Numbered from the stretch's first letter, positions 37,505-47,510 are shown. The stretch is DNA of 64,000 bases from Thermoanaerobaculia bacterium (GCA_036522835.1 DATDFB010000034.1:4383-68382); one strand, 5' to 3'. Numbers and translations are program-made. The notes: generated from the letters alone by a model not told the origin.

Positions 37505-40500
37505 TTGCTTGGGACCCAACGTGATCCAGATCACGAAATCGACCGCAGAAGCCGTTACCATGCGGTCACAGGTCCCTGCGTGCCCATTCACACGCTATCC
37601 GCCGGGTTAGCGCGCGATGCTCTTGCACTCGCGACGCTCTTCACCGCCGTGGCCATTTTTCTCCTCGGCGGTGCCGTCATTGCGCGCGGCCGCGCCTCGC
37701 TCCTCTCCAGCCTTTTTTTTCTCATGACTTTCGGCGCGAGCGGGTGGCTGGCCTTCGACGCCGCCACGTTCGTCGCGGGCGACGCCGCCCTCGCTGTAGC
37801 CTTCGCCCGCGCCGCTCTCGCCTCGGCCTGCGTCGTCCCGGCGGCGGTCTTTCACTTCGCCGCCGTCTACACGAAGCGCTCGAGGCGGCTGGCCGGCGTC
37901 GTGGCCGCCTGCTGGATCTTCTGCGCGGCCGTCGCCGTGGCCGCGCTCTTCACGCCGCTGATCATTCCCGGCGTCCACCAATACTCGTGGGGCTTTTACG
38001 GTCGCACGTCCGTCGCCGACCTCGTCTGGATCGCGCTCTTCGTGGCCATGCTCGTCGCCAGCATCCGCCTCATCGCGCGCCTCGCGAAGGAAGACGATCC
38101 GCTGACGCGCGCCGGCGCGCGGGCCATCGTCGTGGCCTGCATCGCCGGCCTCTTCGCCGGGGTCAACCTCCTGCCGGCGTTCGGCGTCGGCATCGTGCCG
38201 CTCGGTTTTCTGGCGCTGCTCGCTTTCGTCGGCCTCTCGGCGAACGCCATCTGGCGCTATGGTCTCGTGCAGCTCACGCCGCAGTTCGCCGCGGAGCAGG
38301 TGCTGGCGACGATGAAGGGCGCCGTCCTCGTCGTCGACCTCGAGGCGAAGATCCGCGTGGCCAACGACGCCGCCTGCTCGATGCTCGGCTACAAGGAAAA
38401 CGATCTCGTCGGGCAACCGCTGAAGAAGATCTTCGACGAGGCCGACAAGATCAGCACCGGAAAGCTGCTGCACAGCATGGGCATCCTGGAGCGGAGCATG
38501 GGATGGCGCGCCGCGGACGGGACGCGCATCGAGGTGGCGGCGACGTCGTCGTTCATCCGCGACCGCGAGGGGACGCCGGTGGGCGTCGTCTACGTGGCCA
38601 CCGATGTCACCGAGCGCCGCCGCGCCGAGCAGGCCATGCGCGAGAGCGAGCACCGCTACCGCACGCTCTTCGACGGCAATCCGCTGCCGATGTGGATCTA
38701 CGACTTCGAGACGCTGCAATTCCTGGCCGTCAACGAGGCGGCCACGCGCACGTACGGCTACTCGAAGAGCGAGTTCCTGCGTATGGGCATCATGGACATT
38801 CGTCCGGCCGAGGATCTGCCGCGGATGCATGCGCGGCTCGCGGAGCTGCGCGAGCGGACGGCGCCGATGCTGTTCCGGCACCGCAAGAAAGACGGGACGA
38901 TTTTCTGGGTCGAGGTCACGTCGTACGAGTTCGTGACCGGCGGACGTCGCGCGCGGCTGGTGATCTCGGTCGACGTCACCGAGCGCCAGCGCGCCGAGCA
39001 GCTCGTGCGCGAGAGCGAGGAGCGCTACCGGAGTCTCGTCGAGCTGTCGCCCGACGCGATCATGCTCCACGCCGACCGCCGCTTCATTTTTCTCAACCAG
39101 GCCGCCGTCGAGCTCCTCGGCGCGAACAGCGCGGACGATCTGATCGGCACGTCGATCATCGACCGCGTCCATCCCGACTCGCGCAACGTCGTGGCCAACC
39201 GCCTGCGCACGCTCGACGAAGGGCACGACGTGCCGATGGTGGAGGAGAAGTTCCTCCGCCTCGACGGCAGCGTGGTGGAGGTCGAGGTGGCGGCGATCTC
39301 CTTCGTCTTCAACGGCCGCCCGGCCGTGCAGGTCGTGGCGCGCGATATCTCGCAGCGCAAGCAGATCGAAGAGCGCTATCGACTGCTCTTCGAGCGCAAC
39401 CTGGCCGGCGTGTTCCGCACCAGCATCGACGGGCGCATCCTCGACTGCAACGACGCCCTGGCGCGCATCTTCGGCTACCGCAACAAGGAAGAGCTGCTGG
39501 CGCGGTCGGCGCCCGACGTGTACTTCGATCTGCAGGACCGCGAGAACGTGCTGAACGAGCTGCGCGAGCACGGGTCGCTGACGAACGTCGAGACGCGCAT
39601 GCGCCGCGCCGACGGCCGCGAGCTGTGGGTGCTGGAGAACGTGACGCTGAGCGAGTCGCGCGGCGAGATGGAAGGGACGATCATCGACATCACCGAGCGC
39701 AAGACGGCGCAGGAACAGATCGAGTATCAGGCCTTCCACGACGTGCTCACCGGGCTGCCGAACCGGCGGCTCTTCCGCGACCGCATCGGCGTGGCCCTGG
39801 CGCACGCGCGGCGGCAGCGCAGCGGCATCGCCGTGATGTTCCTCGACCTCGATCAGTTCAAGCTGGTGAACGACACGCTCGGGCACACGGTGGGCGACGC
39901 GCTGCTGCAGGCCATCGCCGGCCGCCTGGTCGGCTGCGTGCGCGCCGAGGACACGGTGGCGCGCATGGGCGGCGACGAGTTCACCATTCTCGTGTCGAAC
40001 ACGACCGACCGCCGCGCCGCCGGCATCGTCGCCCAGAAGGTGCTGGAGACGGTGGCGCATCCGGCGGTCGTGGACGGACACGAGCTCTTCGTCACGACCT
40101 CGCTCGGCATCTCGATGTTCCCCGACGACGGCACCGACGCGGAGACGCTGCTCAAGAACGCCGACCGGGCCATGTACCGCGCCAAGGAAGCGGGGCGCAA
40201 CAATTTCCAGTACTCGACGACCGACGCGTTCGACACGGCCGTGGGGCGGCTGTCGATCGAGGCCAGCCTGCACCACGCGCTCGAGCGCGAGGAGCTGGTG
40301 GTGCATTACCAGCCGATCATCGACCTCGCTTCGCACGACATCGTCGGCGCCGAGGCGCTGGTGCGCTGGAAGCATCCCGACAACGGGCTGATGGGGCCGG
40401 ACGACTTCATCCACATCGCCGAGGAGTGCGGGCTGATCGTGCCGATGGGGGAGTGGATCCTGCGCACGGCCTGCGGGCAGATGAGGGAGTGGCACGACGC

Positions 40501-41029
40501 CGGGCACGAGGGGCTGCGCATCGCCGTGAACCTCTCGCCGCGGCAGTTCCAGCAGCGCGAGCTGCCGGCCATGATCGAGCGCGTGCTGCGCGACACCGGC
40601 CTGGCGGCGGAGCTGCTCGACATCGAGATCACCGAGTCGGCGGCGATGCAGAACGCCGAGCAGTCGCTGGCGATCATGCGCAAGTTGAAGGAGATGGGGG
40701 TGCGGATCTCGATCGACGACTTCGGTACCGGCTATTCGTCGCTGTCGTACCTGAAGCGGTTTCCCATCGACACGGTGAAGATCGATCAGAACTTCGTGCG
40801 CGACCTCGCCCAGTCGGCGAACGACGCCGCCATCGTGACGGCGGTGATCTCCATGGCCCGCGCCCTGAAGCTCGGCGTGATCGCCGAGGGGGTGGAGACC
40901 GAGGAGCAGCTCGCGTTCCTCAGGCGCGAGCAGTGCGAGACCATCCAGGGGTTCCTCTATAGCCGGCCCGTGCCGGCGGACGAGTTCGGGGCGGCGCTGC
41001 GCAGCGCCGGCGTCGCGCCGGCGTCGTAA
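37505..41029 (+). CDS. membrane sensor PAS(x4)-GGDEF-EAL diguanylate cyclase/phosphodiesterase
   Basis: N-terminal polytopic domain; repeated PAS modules with RRRAEQ linkers; ..RMGGDEFTIL.. (GGDEF); ..EALVRW..DDFGTGYSSL.. (EAL). Start codon uncertain. Confidence 0.85.
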   Translation: MLGTQRDPDHEIDRRSRYHAVTGPCVPIHTLSAGLARDALALATLFTAVAIFLLGGAVIARGRASLLSSLFFLMTFGASGWLAFDAATFVAGDAALAVAFARAALASACVVPAAVFHFAAVYTKRSRRLAGVVAACWIFCAAVAVAALFTPLIIPGVHQYSWGFYGRTSVADLVWIALFVAMLVASIRLIARLAKEDDPLTRAGARAIVVACIAGLFAGVNLLPAFGVGIVPLGFLALLAFVGLSANAIWRYGLVQLTPQFAAEQVLATMKGAVLVVDLEAKIRVANDAACSMLGYKENDLVGQPLKKIFDEADKISTGKLLHSMGILERSMGWRAADGTRIEVAATSSFIRDREGTPVGVVYVATDVTERRRAEQAMRESEHRYRTLFDGNPLPMWIYDFETLQFLAVNEAATRTYGYSKSEFLRMGIMDIRPAEDLPRMHARLAELRERTAPMLFRHRKKDGTIFWVEVTSYEFVTGGRRARLVISVDVTERQRAEQLVRESEERYRSLVELSPDAIMLHADRRFIFLNQAAVELLGANSADDLIGTSIIDRVHPDSRNVVANRLRTLDEGHDVPMVEEKFLRLDGSVVEVEVAAISFVFNGRPAVQVVARDISQRKQIEERYRLLFERNLAGVFRTSIDGRILDCNDALARIFGYRNKEELLARSAPDVYFDLQDRENVLNELREHGSLTNVETRMRRADGRELWVLENVTLSESRGEMEGTIIDITERKTAQEQIEYQAFHDVLTGLPNRRLFRDRIGVALAHARRQRSGIAVMFLDLDQFKLVNDTLGHTVGDALLQAIAGRLVGCVRAEDTVARMGGDEFTILVSNTTDRRAAGIVAQKVLETVAHPAVVDGHELFVTTSLGISMFPDDGTDAETLLKNADRAMYRAKEAGRNNFQYSTTDAFDTAVGRLSIEASLHHALEREELVVHYQPIIDLASHDIVGAEALVRWKHPDNGLMGPDDFIHIAEECGLIVPMGEWILRTACGQMREWHDAGHEGLRIAVNLSPRQFQQRELPAMIERVLRDTGLAAELLDIEITESAAMQNAEQSLAIMRKLKEMGVRISIDDFGTGYSSLSYLKRFPIDTVKIDQNFVRDLAQSANDAAIVTAVISMARALKLGVIAEGVETEEQLAFLRREQCETIQGFLYSRPVPADEFGAALRSAGVAPAS

Positions 41030-41079
41030 CAACGGTTCCTCGGGAGGTTCCGTCAAGGGCCAGGAGGGAACCGTGCGTG

Positions 41080-41402
41080 CCCGGCGTGGCCGCACGCGCG
41101 TCCACGATGTGCCGCAATGCGTCCCGGCGCGGCCGCACGTGCGTCCACGATGTGCCGCAATGCGTCCCGGCGTGGCCGCATGCGCGTCCACGGTGTGCCG
41201 CAATGCGTCCCGCTGTGGCCGCACGCGCGTCCACGGTGTGCCGCAATGCGTCCCGGCGCGGCCGCACGCGCGTCCACGGTGTGCCGCAATGCGTCCCGGC
41301 GTGGCCGCACGTGCGTCCACGGTGTGCCGCAATGCGTCCCGGCGTGGCCGCACGTGCGTCCGCGGTGTGCCGCAATGCGTCCCGGCGTGGCCGCACGTGC
41401 GT
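41080..41402. repeat. tandem array, 43-bp unit CCCGGCGTGGCCGCACGCGCGTCCACGATGTGCCGCAATGCGT x 7.5
   Basis: Eight phased copies with scattered SNPs (g/a, c/t). No unique spacers, so this is not a CRISPR array. Unit length is not a multiple of 3. Confidence 0.9.
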
Positions 41403-41434
41403 CGCCGTCCGGTGCCGGCGGAAGATCTCTCGTG

Positions 41435-41463
41435 TGGAGTGCGGCGGCCGCGCCGCCGCTGTC
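41435..41463. repeat. family-A palindromic element, one-arm copy
   Basis: TGGAGTGCGGCGGCCGCGCCGCCGCT. Confidence 0.7.
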
Positions 41464-41480
41464 GCGGGTGATGGCGTAGG

Positions 41481-41699
41481 TCAGAGCGAACTTAGGACTC
41501 GCTCGTACTGCTCGTGCGGACCAATCCAGAACCACATGCTGGCTACGAGAAAGCCGACTGCGCGATAGCTGGTCCCGATCCTCGCGCAAACGTAGCCACT
41601 CGTGCCGTGAATGCGCTTAAAGACGAGGCTCGAATGCCGCGGATTGCTGCGAAACAGGTCATAGGCAGCGCGCGCCTGATCGCGTATTTCGGGCGGCAA
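41481..41699 (-). CDS. RelE/ParE-superfamily type II toxin
   Basis: ..YRAVGFLVASMWFWIGPHEQYERVL C-terminal pattern typical of the RelE/ParE fold. The N-terminus may start a few codons upstream at a non-ATG codon. Confidence 0.55.
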   Translation of the reverse strand: MPPEIRDQARAAYDLFRSNPRHSSLVFKRIHGTSGYVCARIGTSYRAVGFLVASMWFWIGPHEQYERVLSSL

Positions 41700-41741
41700 C
41701 GCGGCAAAGCGGCTTGCGGAACGCGGCGTTGATGTGCGACT

Positions 41742-41963
41742 TCAAAGCTTCTCGGGGTCAAGCGGCTCCGTGCGGCCGGCACGATAATCTTCGAGCGCCT
41801 CCTCCATCATGCGTCTCAAGGCCGGAGAGACGGGCCGCGAAAAGAGATCATCCCATCGGCGCTCATCCTCGATTTCTTCGAGGAGCCGTGCGCCGACTGC
41901 CTCCTGTGCATCTTCCGGCAGCCGGCGCGCCTCTTCGATCGCCCGTTCCAGTAGTTTGCCCAT
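41742..41963 (-). CDS. type II antitoxin (addiction-module component) partner of the RelE/ParE-like toxin
   Basis: MGKLLERAIEEARRLPEDAQEAVGARLLEEIEDERRWDDLF..ALEDYRAGRTEPLDPEKL. Lies upstream of the toxin on the same strand. Confidence 0.55.
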   Translation of the reverse strand: MGKLLERAIEEARRLPEDAQEAVGARLLEEIEDERRWDDLFSRPVSPALRRMMEEALEDYRAGRTEPLDPEKL

Positions 41964-41970
41964 CGCCTTG

Positions 41971-41986
41971 ATTGTACCGATACAAT
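41971..41986. promoter_or_regulatory. perfect palindrome ATTGTACCGATACAAT immediately upstream of the antitoxin start; candidate TA autoregulatory operator
   Basis: Lies in the 31-bp gap between the divergent antitoxin gene (start 41963) and the peptidase gene (start 41995). Confidence 0.35.
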
Positions 41987-41994
41987 CGCGCCCC

Positions 41995-43641
41995 ATGCCA
42001 AAACTTGCAGTCCTATTCTTCCCGCTCTTTGCTCTCCAGTGGTCCACGGTCGCTCCCGACATCGAGCAGCGTCTCGCCAAGTTCAAGCCCGTGGAGATGC
42101 CGTTCACCTTCGAGGGCTACAGCAAGCGCGAGGTGCGGCTCATCAACGAGCTCGTGGCGGCGCTGCGCGACCTCGAGGACATTTACTGGCGGCAGAACAA
42201 CCCGGACGACATCGCCATCTGGCAGGGGCTGGCGGGCGACAAGACGCCGCGGGGAAAGGCCCTGCGGCGCTACCTCTGGATCAACGGCAGCCGCTTCGAT
42301 CAGATCAAAGAGAACGAGCCGTTCATCGGCCACGAGCCCGATCCGCCGGGGCGCCACCTCTACCCGAAGGGCATCACCCGCGCCGAGATCGAGGCCTACG
42401 TCAAGGCCCATCCGAACGAGAAGGCGAAGATCTACGACGAGCGTACGGTCGTCGAGCTGGTCAGCCGCAGTCCGCTGAAGCTGCGCACGGTGCCGTACCA
42501 CGTCAAGTACAAGAAGTGGCTGGCCTCGGCGGCCAAGCATCTGCGCAACGCCGCGGCCAGCAGCGACGACCAGGCTTTCGCGAAGTTCCTGCGCATGCGC
42601 GCCGACGCGCTCCTCACCGACGACTACTACCCGAGCGACCTGGCCTGGGTGCGCCTCGAGAACCCGAAGTTCGACATCATCTTCGCCCCCTACGAGACCT
42701 ACCTCGACGATCTCCTCGGCATCAAGACCTCCTACGGCGCGTCCCTCCTGATCCGCAACGAGCCGGAGAGCCGGAAGCTGGCCGTGTTCCAGAAGTACGT
42801 GCCCGACATCCAGGACGCGCTGCCGCTCGCGGCCGAGGACCGGCCGTCGAAGAAGGGCTTCGCGTCGCCGATGGAGGTGATGGACGCGCCGTTCCGCGCC
42901 GGCGACCTCCGCCACGGCTATCAGGCCGCCGCCGACAATCTGCCGAACGATCCGCGTATCCACGAGAAGGTCGGCAGCAAGAAGATCTTCTTCAAGAACT
43001 ACATGGACGCGCGCGTCGACTACGTGATTCTCCCCGTCGCCAAGCTGCTGATGCGCCCCGACCAGGCCGCGCGCGCCTCGGCCGAGGGGTACCTGGCCGC
43101 GGTGATGATGCACGAGATCTCCCACGGCCTCGGACCTGCGTTCGCGCGGCAGAACGGCAAGCGCGTCGACATCCGCGAAGCGATCGGCCCGGTGTACTCC
43201 GGCCTCGAGGAAGCGAAGGCCGACGTCACCGGTATGTTCGGGCTGAAGTGGCTCGTCGATCACGGCGCGCTGCCGAAGGAGCGCCTCGAGGAATACTACG
43301 CGTCGTACGTCGGCGGCATCTTCCGCACGGTGCGCTTCGGTACGGCGGAGGCGCACGGCCGCGCGGAGATGATGGAGTTCAACGTCCTCGCCGAGCGCGG
43401 CGCCATCACGCGCGACGCCTCGGGTCGTTACGTCGTCGACTACGGCAGGATCGGCGACGCCATCGCGGCGCTGGCGAAGGAGCTCCTGGAGATCGAAGCG
43501 ACGGGCGACCGCGCGCGCGCCGAGGCCTGGTTCGCGAAGTACGACAAGATGCCGGCGGACTTGCGCGCCGCGCTCGACGCCGCGAAGGATGTGCCCGTCG
43601 ATGTCGATCCGTATCCATCGTTCAAAGAAGGCGTCCGGTAG
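41995..43641 (+). CDS. secreted Zn-dependent peptidase, DPP-III/M49-like
   Basis: Signal peptide MPKLAVLFFPLFAL; ..AVMMHEISHGLGP.. zinc motif with downstream ..EEAKAD... Confidence 0.55.
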   Translation: MPKLAVLFFPLFALQWSTVAPDIEQRLAKFKPVEMPFTFEGYSKREVRLINELVAALRDLEDIYWRQNNPDDIAIWQGLAGDKTPRGKALRRYLWINGSRFDQIKENEPFIGHEPDPPGRHLYPKGITRAEIEAYVKAHPNEKAKIYDERTVVELVSRSPLKLRTVPYHVKYKKWLASAAKHLRNAAASSDDQAFAKFLRMRADALLTDDYYPSDLAWVRLENPKFDIIFAPYETYLDDLLGIKTSYGASLLIRNEPESRKLAVFQKYVPDIQDALPLAAEDRPSKKGFASPMEVMDAPFRAGDLRHGYQAAADNLPNDPRIHEKVGSKKIFFKNYMDARVDYVILPVAKLLMRPDQAARASAEGYLAAVMMHEISHGLGPAFARQNGKRVDIREAIGPVYSGLEEAKADVTGMFGLKWLVDHGALPKERLEEYYASYVGGIFRTVRFGTAEAHGRAEMMEFNVLAERGAITRDASGRYVVDYGRIGDAIAALAKELLEIEATGDRARAEAWFAKYDKMPADLRAALDAAKDVPVDVDPYPSFKEGVR

Positions 43642-43664
43642 AGTTTGACAAGGGCGGTGAGGCG

Positions 43665-44162
43665 ATGCAGATTGTGCGGCGTTCAGCATTGGACGGCAGA
43701 ACGAGGATGACCGCGGAGCAGCAGAAGCGCGTTCTCGTCGTCGACGATGAAGCCGCGATTCGCAAGCTGCTTTGCACGGTCTTGAGCGGGCGTGGCCTCA
43801 GCGTTGACGAAGCGGACGACGGGCAGACCGCGCTCGACTTGATCGAGACGCGGCAGTACGGCGTCGTCGTGCTCGACCTGATCATGCCGGTCGTCGACGG
43901 CTTCGTGGTCTTGGAGAAGCTCGCCAGAGTCACGCCGCGGCCGGTCGTCCTGGTCATCAGCGGCGCGGAGCGCGGCGTGGTCGAGCAGCTCGATCCCGCC
44001 GCGGTGCACGGCATCGTCCGCAAACCCTTCGACCCCGAGGAGCTGGCGAACGTGGTGGCCGCATGCGCGGAGATCCGCGGCCGGATGTCGCTCGAGACGA
44101 TGGCCTTGGCGCTGGTGGCGGGAGGGTCGTTGTTCGCGCTGCTACCACCGGGCCTGACGTAG
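43665..44162 (+). CDS. single-domain response regulator (receiver) with hydrophobic C-terminal tail
   Basis: ..KRVLVVDDEAAIRKLL..VVVLDLIMPVVDG..VRKPFDPEEL... Confidence 0.65.
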   Translation: MQIVRRSALDGRTRMTAEQQKRVLVVDDEAAIRKLLCTVLSGRGLSVDEADDGQTALDLIETRQYGVVVLDLIMPVVDGFVVLEKLARVTPRPVVLVISGAERGVVEQLDPAAVHGIVRKPFDPEELANVVAACAEIRGRMSLETMALALVAGGSLFALLPPGLT

Positions 44163-44603
44163 CAGGTCCGCGATCAGCAGGATCATCGGCGTCGACGTAC
44201 AGAGCATGTTGCCGAACCCGCCGCCGGCCAGGCCGGCGCAGGTCTTCACCGCGTCGATGAATTCGTCGACGTCGAACGGCTTGCGGATCACGCCGAAGAC
44301 GTCGTAGCCGCCGAGGCGCTCGACCTCGCGGTCGTGCAGCGCGGCGCTGACGATGATCACGCGCCGGAGCGTTTCGGGCGAATCCTCGCGCAGGTGCTCG
44401 AGCACGCCGAAGCCGTCCATCTGCGGCATGCGCAGGTCGAGGAGGATGGCGGCGTACTGCCGGGTCTTGAACTGTTCGATGGCTTGGTAGCCGTCGCCGG
44501 CGGTCTCGACGACAAACTCGCGCTGCAGCAGCGCCGTCATCAGCGCGCACGTAGCTTCGTTATCATCGACCAGGAGGACATACGGCTTCTCGATTCGCGA
44601 CAT
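44142..44603 (-). CDS. single-domain response regulator (receiver)
   Basis: ..YVLLVDDNEATCALM..AILLDLRMPQMDG..IRKPFDVDEF.. Convergent with and overlapping the previous receiver gene. Confidence 0.7.
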   Translation of the reverse strand: MSRIEKPYVLLVDDNEATCALMTALLQREFVVETAGDGYQAIEQFKTRQYAAILLDLRMPQMDGFGVLEHLREDSPETLRRVIIVSAALHDREVERLGGYDVFGVIRKPFDVDEFIDAVKTCAGLAGGGFGNMLCTSTPMILLIADLLRQARW

Positions 44604-44653
44604 CGAAGATGCCTCGCTGAACTCGTGATTTGGACGCGGAGACATTGTAAACG

Positions 44654-45712
44654 ATGAGCATTCGCAAGCGCGGACGCGGGGCGCGGGCGAAGAGCGCGCG
44701 CGGCGAGGAGTGGGAGGAGCTGCACGATGACGCGGCGCGCGCGCGCAGACGGGCTCGGCCGTCGGACCAGATCGACGCGCTGCGGCATCTCTTCGACGAT
44801 CCCGGCCTGGCCGGCGTCGACCCCGCCGGCGCGGCGATCGTGATCAACGTTGCCAGCGGACGGTGCCGCGTCTTCCGCGACACGAGGGAGATCGACGCCG
44901 TCGTGCCGCCGGAGATCGCCGCGCGGCAGAAGAGCGCGCTCGCCGTCGGCGACCGCGTGCTCCTCGACGAAGAGCTGCGTCTGGCCGCGATTCTGCCGCG
45001 GCACAGCGTGCTCTCGCGCCCCGACCCGCTGAACCCGCACGTGCAGCGATTGATCGCGGCGAATATCGACGTCGTGGCCAACGTGGTGTCGATGAAGGCG
45101 CCGCCGCTGCGGCCGCGGCTCATCGACCGGTTCCTGATCGCCATCCAGCGCGGCGGCGCGGCGCCGATGATCGTGGTGAACAAGATCGATCTCGACCGCG
45201 ACCTGACTCTGTTGCGCGACTACGAAGACCTCGGCATTCCGGTGATTCCGTGCTCGACGAAGAGCGGCGAAGGCCTCGACGAGCTGCGTGCGGCGCTCGC
45301 CGGGAAGACGTCGGCGCTCGTCGGCCACAGCGGCGTCGGCAAATCGTCGATCCTGAATGCGCTCGACGAGCGCCTGCAGATCGCCACGGGCGATCTCCAC
45401 CGCCGCGGCACCGGCCGCCACACCACGACCTCCTCCACGCTTCACGACCTCGGCGGCGGCACGTTCCTCATCGACACCCCCGGCATCCGCGAGCTCGGCC
45501 TCTGGGAGCTGACGCCGCGTGCGCTGCGGGAGTCGTTCCCCGAGTTCGACGAGGCGGCGGAGCTCTGCCGCTTCAACGACTGCACGCATCTGCACGAGCC
45601 GGCCTGCGAGGTGAAGGAGCGCGTGGAGCGCGGAGAGCTCAGCCGGGCACGGTACGAGACGTACGTGCGGTTGGCGGAGGAGGTGACGGGGCGGGTGACG
45701 GGTGACAGGTAA
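44654..45712 (+). CDS. rsgA: ribosome small-subunit-dependent GTPase A
   Basis: Circularly permuted GTPase motifs: ..VVNKIDL.. then ..LVGHSGVGKSS...DTPG..; C-terminal zinc-finger Cys/His (CRFNDCTHLHEPAC). Confidence 0.9.
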   Translation: MSIRKRGRGARAKSARGEEWEELHDDAARARRRARPSDQIDALRHLFDDPGLAGVDPAGAAIVINVASGRCRVFRDTREIDAVVPPEIAARQKSALAVGDRVLLDEELRLAAILPRHSVLSRPDPLNPHVQRLIAANIDVVANVVSMKAPPLRPRLIDRFLIAIQRGGAAPMIVVNKIDLDRDLTLLRDYEDLGIPVIPCSTKSGEGLDELRAALAGKTSALVGHSGVGKSSILNALDERLQIATGDLHRRGTGRHTTTSSTLHDLGGGTFLIDTPGIRELGLWELTPRALRESFPEFDEAAELCRFNDCTHLHEPACEVKERVERGELSRARYETYVRLAEEVTGRVTGDR

Positions 45713-45767
45713 CAGGTGACAGGTGATTACCCGTGACCTGTGACCCGTCACCTGTGACCCGTCACCT
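45682..45767. repeat. hairpin built from tandem heptamers (unit GGTGACA / GGTGACG), copy H3; overlaps the last 9 codons of rsgA
   Basis: GGTGACG GGTGACA GGTAACA GGTGACA GGTGA-TTAC-CCGTGAC CTGTGAC CCGTCAC CTGTGAC CCGTCACC. Encodes the ..VTGRVTGDR tail of RsgA. Confidence 0.85.
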
Positions 45768-46980
45768 CACGGAAGCAGCCGCGTCGCGCTCGTGCTCTCC
45801 ACGTAAATCAACGCATCCCATCCCGCGACGAGATCGCCGTTGATCGTGAACGTCGGCCGCGCGGCGAAGTTCGCGTTCGTCGCGGCGATCCGCCACTGCT
45901 GTTTGCCGTTGAGCCAGCGCGGGGCGTTGCGAAGCGGAACGATCATCAGCGGCATCGCGCCGCGGGCGAGCGTTTGCGTGACGTCGGTGGCGGGCGGCGG
46001 GACGATGTCGACGGCGGCGACGCCGGTGGGGAGGAGGATGCTGACGCGGCCGCTGTAGGTCGCGGAGGCGAACGCGACGTAGCCGGCGCCGAGCTCCTTG
46101 GCGAGAAGCTCGCCGGCGGAGACGATCACGGGGCCGTTGAAGTCGTAGTCGATGCGGCCGAAGTGGACCATGTGGCCGATGACGACCGTCTTCGCCCGCG
46201 CGGCGTTCCAGAGGATGTTCTCCGCGAGGTGAGCGTCGCGGCTCAGGCGCGCCGTCTCGAAATCTTCTTCCGCCTGCTCGGCGCGGCGCACGGCGTGCAG
46301 CGCGTGTTCGTCAGGGTGGGCTTCGACGTCCGCGCGCACAGCGAGCACATTCTCGCGGCACTGCGCGTGGTACTCGGGGGGATAGGCGTAATACGAGTTG
46401 TTCGTCCAGTAGCTGTCGAGGCAGTCGTAGCGCGCGGCGGCGCGGTCGGCGGCGGCGGGATCGACGCCGCGGAGGTAGTCGACGACGGCGGCGGTTGCGC
46501 CGTTCGGGACGGTCGAGTCGATGGAGGCGATGCTCACGGCCGGATTGCCGGCGGCGTTCCAGGCCCGGATCCACTGCACGAGCTCGAGCGCTTCCTCGAC
46601 GTGCCAGAAGAAGTACGCCTCGACCTGCAGCGCGGCGGCGGGATCGCCTTCGCCGGTCTTCACGTATTTGTCGAGCGCTTCGAGGTCGTACGGACCTTCG
46701 AGCGCGACCGTGCGGAAGCCGGCGTGCTCGATGAGGTACTTGGCCAGGCGGTTGTGCAGCGTGAAGAACTCGTGCGTGCCGTGCGTGGCGTCGCCGAGCG
46801 CGACGACGCGAGCGTCGGCGACGAGAGGGAGGACAGGCGCGAGATCGCTGTCGTCCGGCGTCGGCTCGGTCGTGCGCAGGGCGATGGCGTGCTGCGGCAG
46901 CCACGTCTGCGGCGGCGGGTCGCCCGGCGGCACCATGGCGCGGTGCCGGATGGCGGCGGCGAGGAGGATTCCGAGGAGCA
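45767..46980 (-). CDS. erythromycin-esterase-family (EreA-like) protein
   Basis: ..VVALGDATHGTHEFF..RLAKYLIEHAGFRTVALE.. characteristic of the erythromycin esterase family. Start MLLGILLAAA chosen just downstream of the repeat-derived N-terminal extension. Confidence 0.7.
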
Positions 46981-46981
46981 T

Positions 46982-47038
46982 GTGGAGTGCGCCGGCCATG
47001 CCGGCGCTGTGAGAGCGGCGGCATGGCCGCCGCACTCC
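46982..47038. repeat. family-A 57-bp palindromic element, copy 2
   Basis: TGGAGTGCGCCGGCCATGCCGGCGCTGTGAGAGCGGCGGCATGGCCGCCGCACTCCA. Confidence 0.9.
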
Positions 47039-47041
47039 AGA

Positions 47042-47500
47042 TCACCAACGATGGTACGCGGGATGTCCTTCCTTCACGGCCACGAACGTGCCGCGGCACG
47101 TGGCCGTCACCTTCTCGTTCGCCGTCATCGTCGCTTCGACGACGGCGCGGTCTTCGCCGGACTCGACGATGCGCGCGCGGAGGTGCACTGGCACGTTCAT
47201 CGGCGTCGGGCGTTTGAGAAAGACGTGGAAGTCCGCCGTCACCGTGCAGGGCGGCGTGGCGCTGCCGCTCTTGCGCATCAGGTGCACCGTCGCGGCCCAA
47301 TTGCTGTGGCAGTCGAGCAGTGCGCCGATGATGCCGCCGTTGAGCACATCGTCGAACGCGGCGTGGTGCGGCTCGGGCGACCACGTGCAGACGAGGTCGT
47401 CGCCCTCCTCGAAGCTCTGGATGCGCAGCCCTTTGTCGTTGGCCGGGCCGCAGCCGAAGCAGCGGTTCTGCGGCGCGTAGGTTTCCTGGACGCTTTTCAT
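47042..47500 (-). CDS. hotdog-fold thioesterase (PaaI/YbgC-like)
   Basis: MKSVQETYAPQNRCFGCGPANDKGLRIQSF.. with NGGIIGALLD motif. Confidence 0.6.
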   Translation of the reverse strand: MKSVQETYAPQNRCFGCGPANDKGLRIQSFEEGDDLVCTWSPEPHHAAFDDVLNGGIIGALLDCHSNWAATVHLMRKSGSATPPCTVTADFHVFLKRPTPMNVPVHLRARIVESGEDRAVVEATMTANEKVTATCRGTFVAVKEGHPAYHRW

Positions 47501-47510
47501 GCGCCCAAGC

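Noticed and set aside
37505-37740. Alternative later start for the PAS-GGDEF-EAL gene
   Set aside because: Cannot be resolved without alignment. The first ATG of the ORF was kept and flagged as uncertain.
41080-41402. Possible CRISPR array
   Set aside because: Pure head-to-tail tandem repeat of a 43-bp unit with no interspersed unique spacers and no cas genes nearby, so it is a tandem repeat, not a CRISPR array.
41053-41589. ORFs across the 43-bp tandem array encoding 43-aa periodic peptides
   Set aside because: Periodicity arises because 43 is not a multiple of 3, so the frame cycles. No start or RBS context. The peptides are Arg/Ala/Pro-rich.
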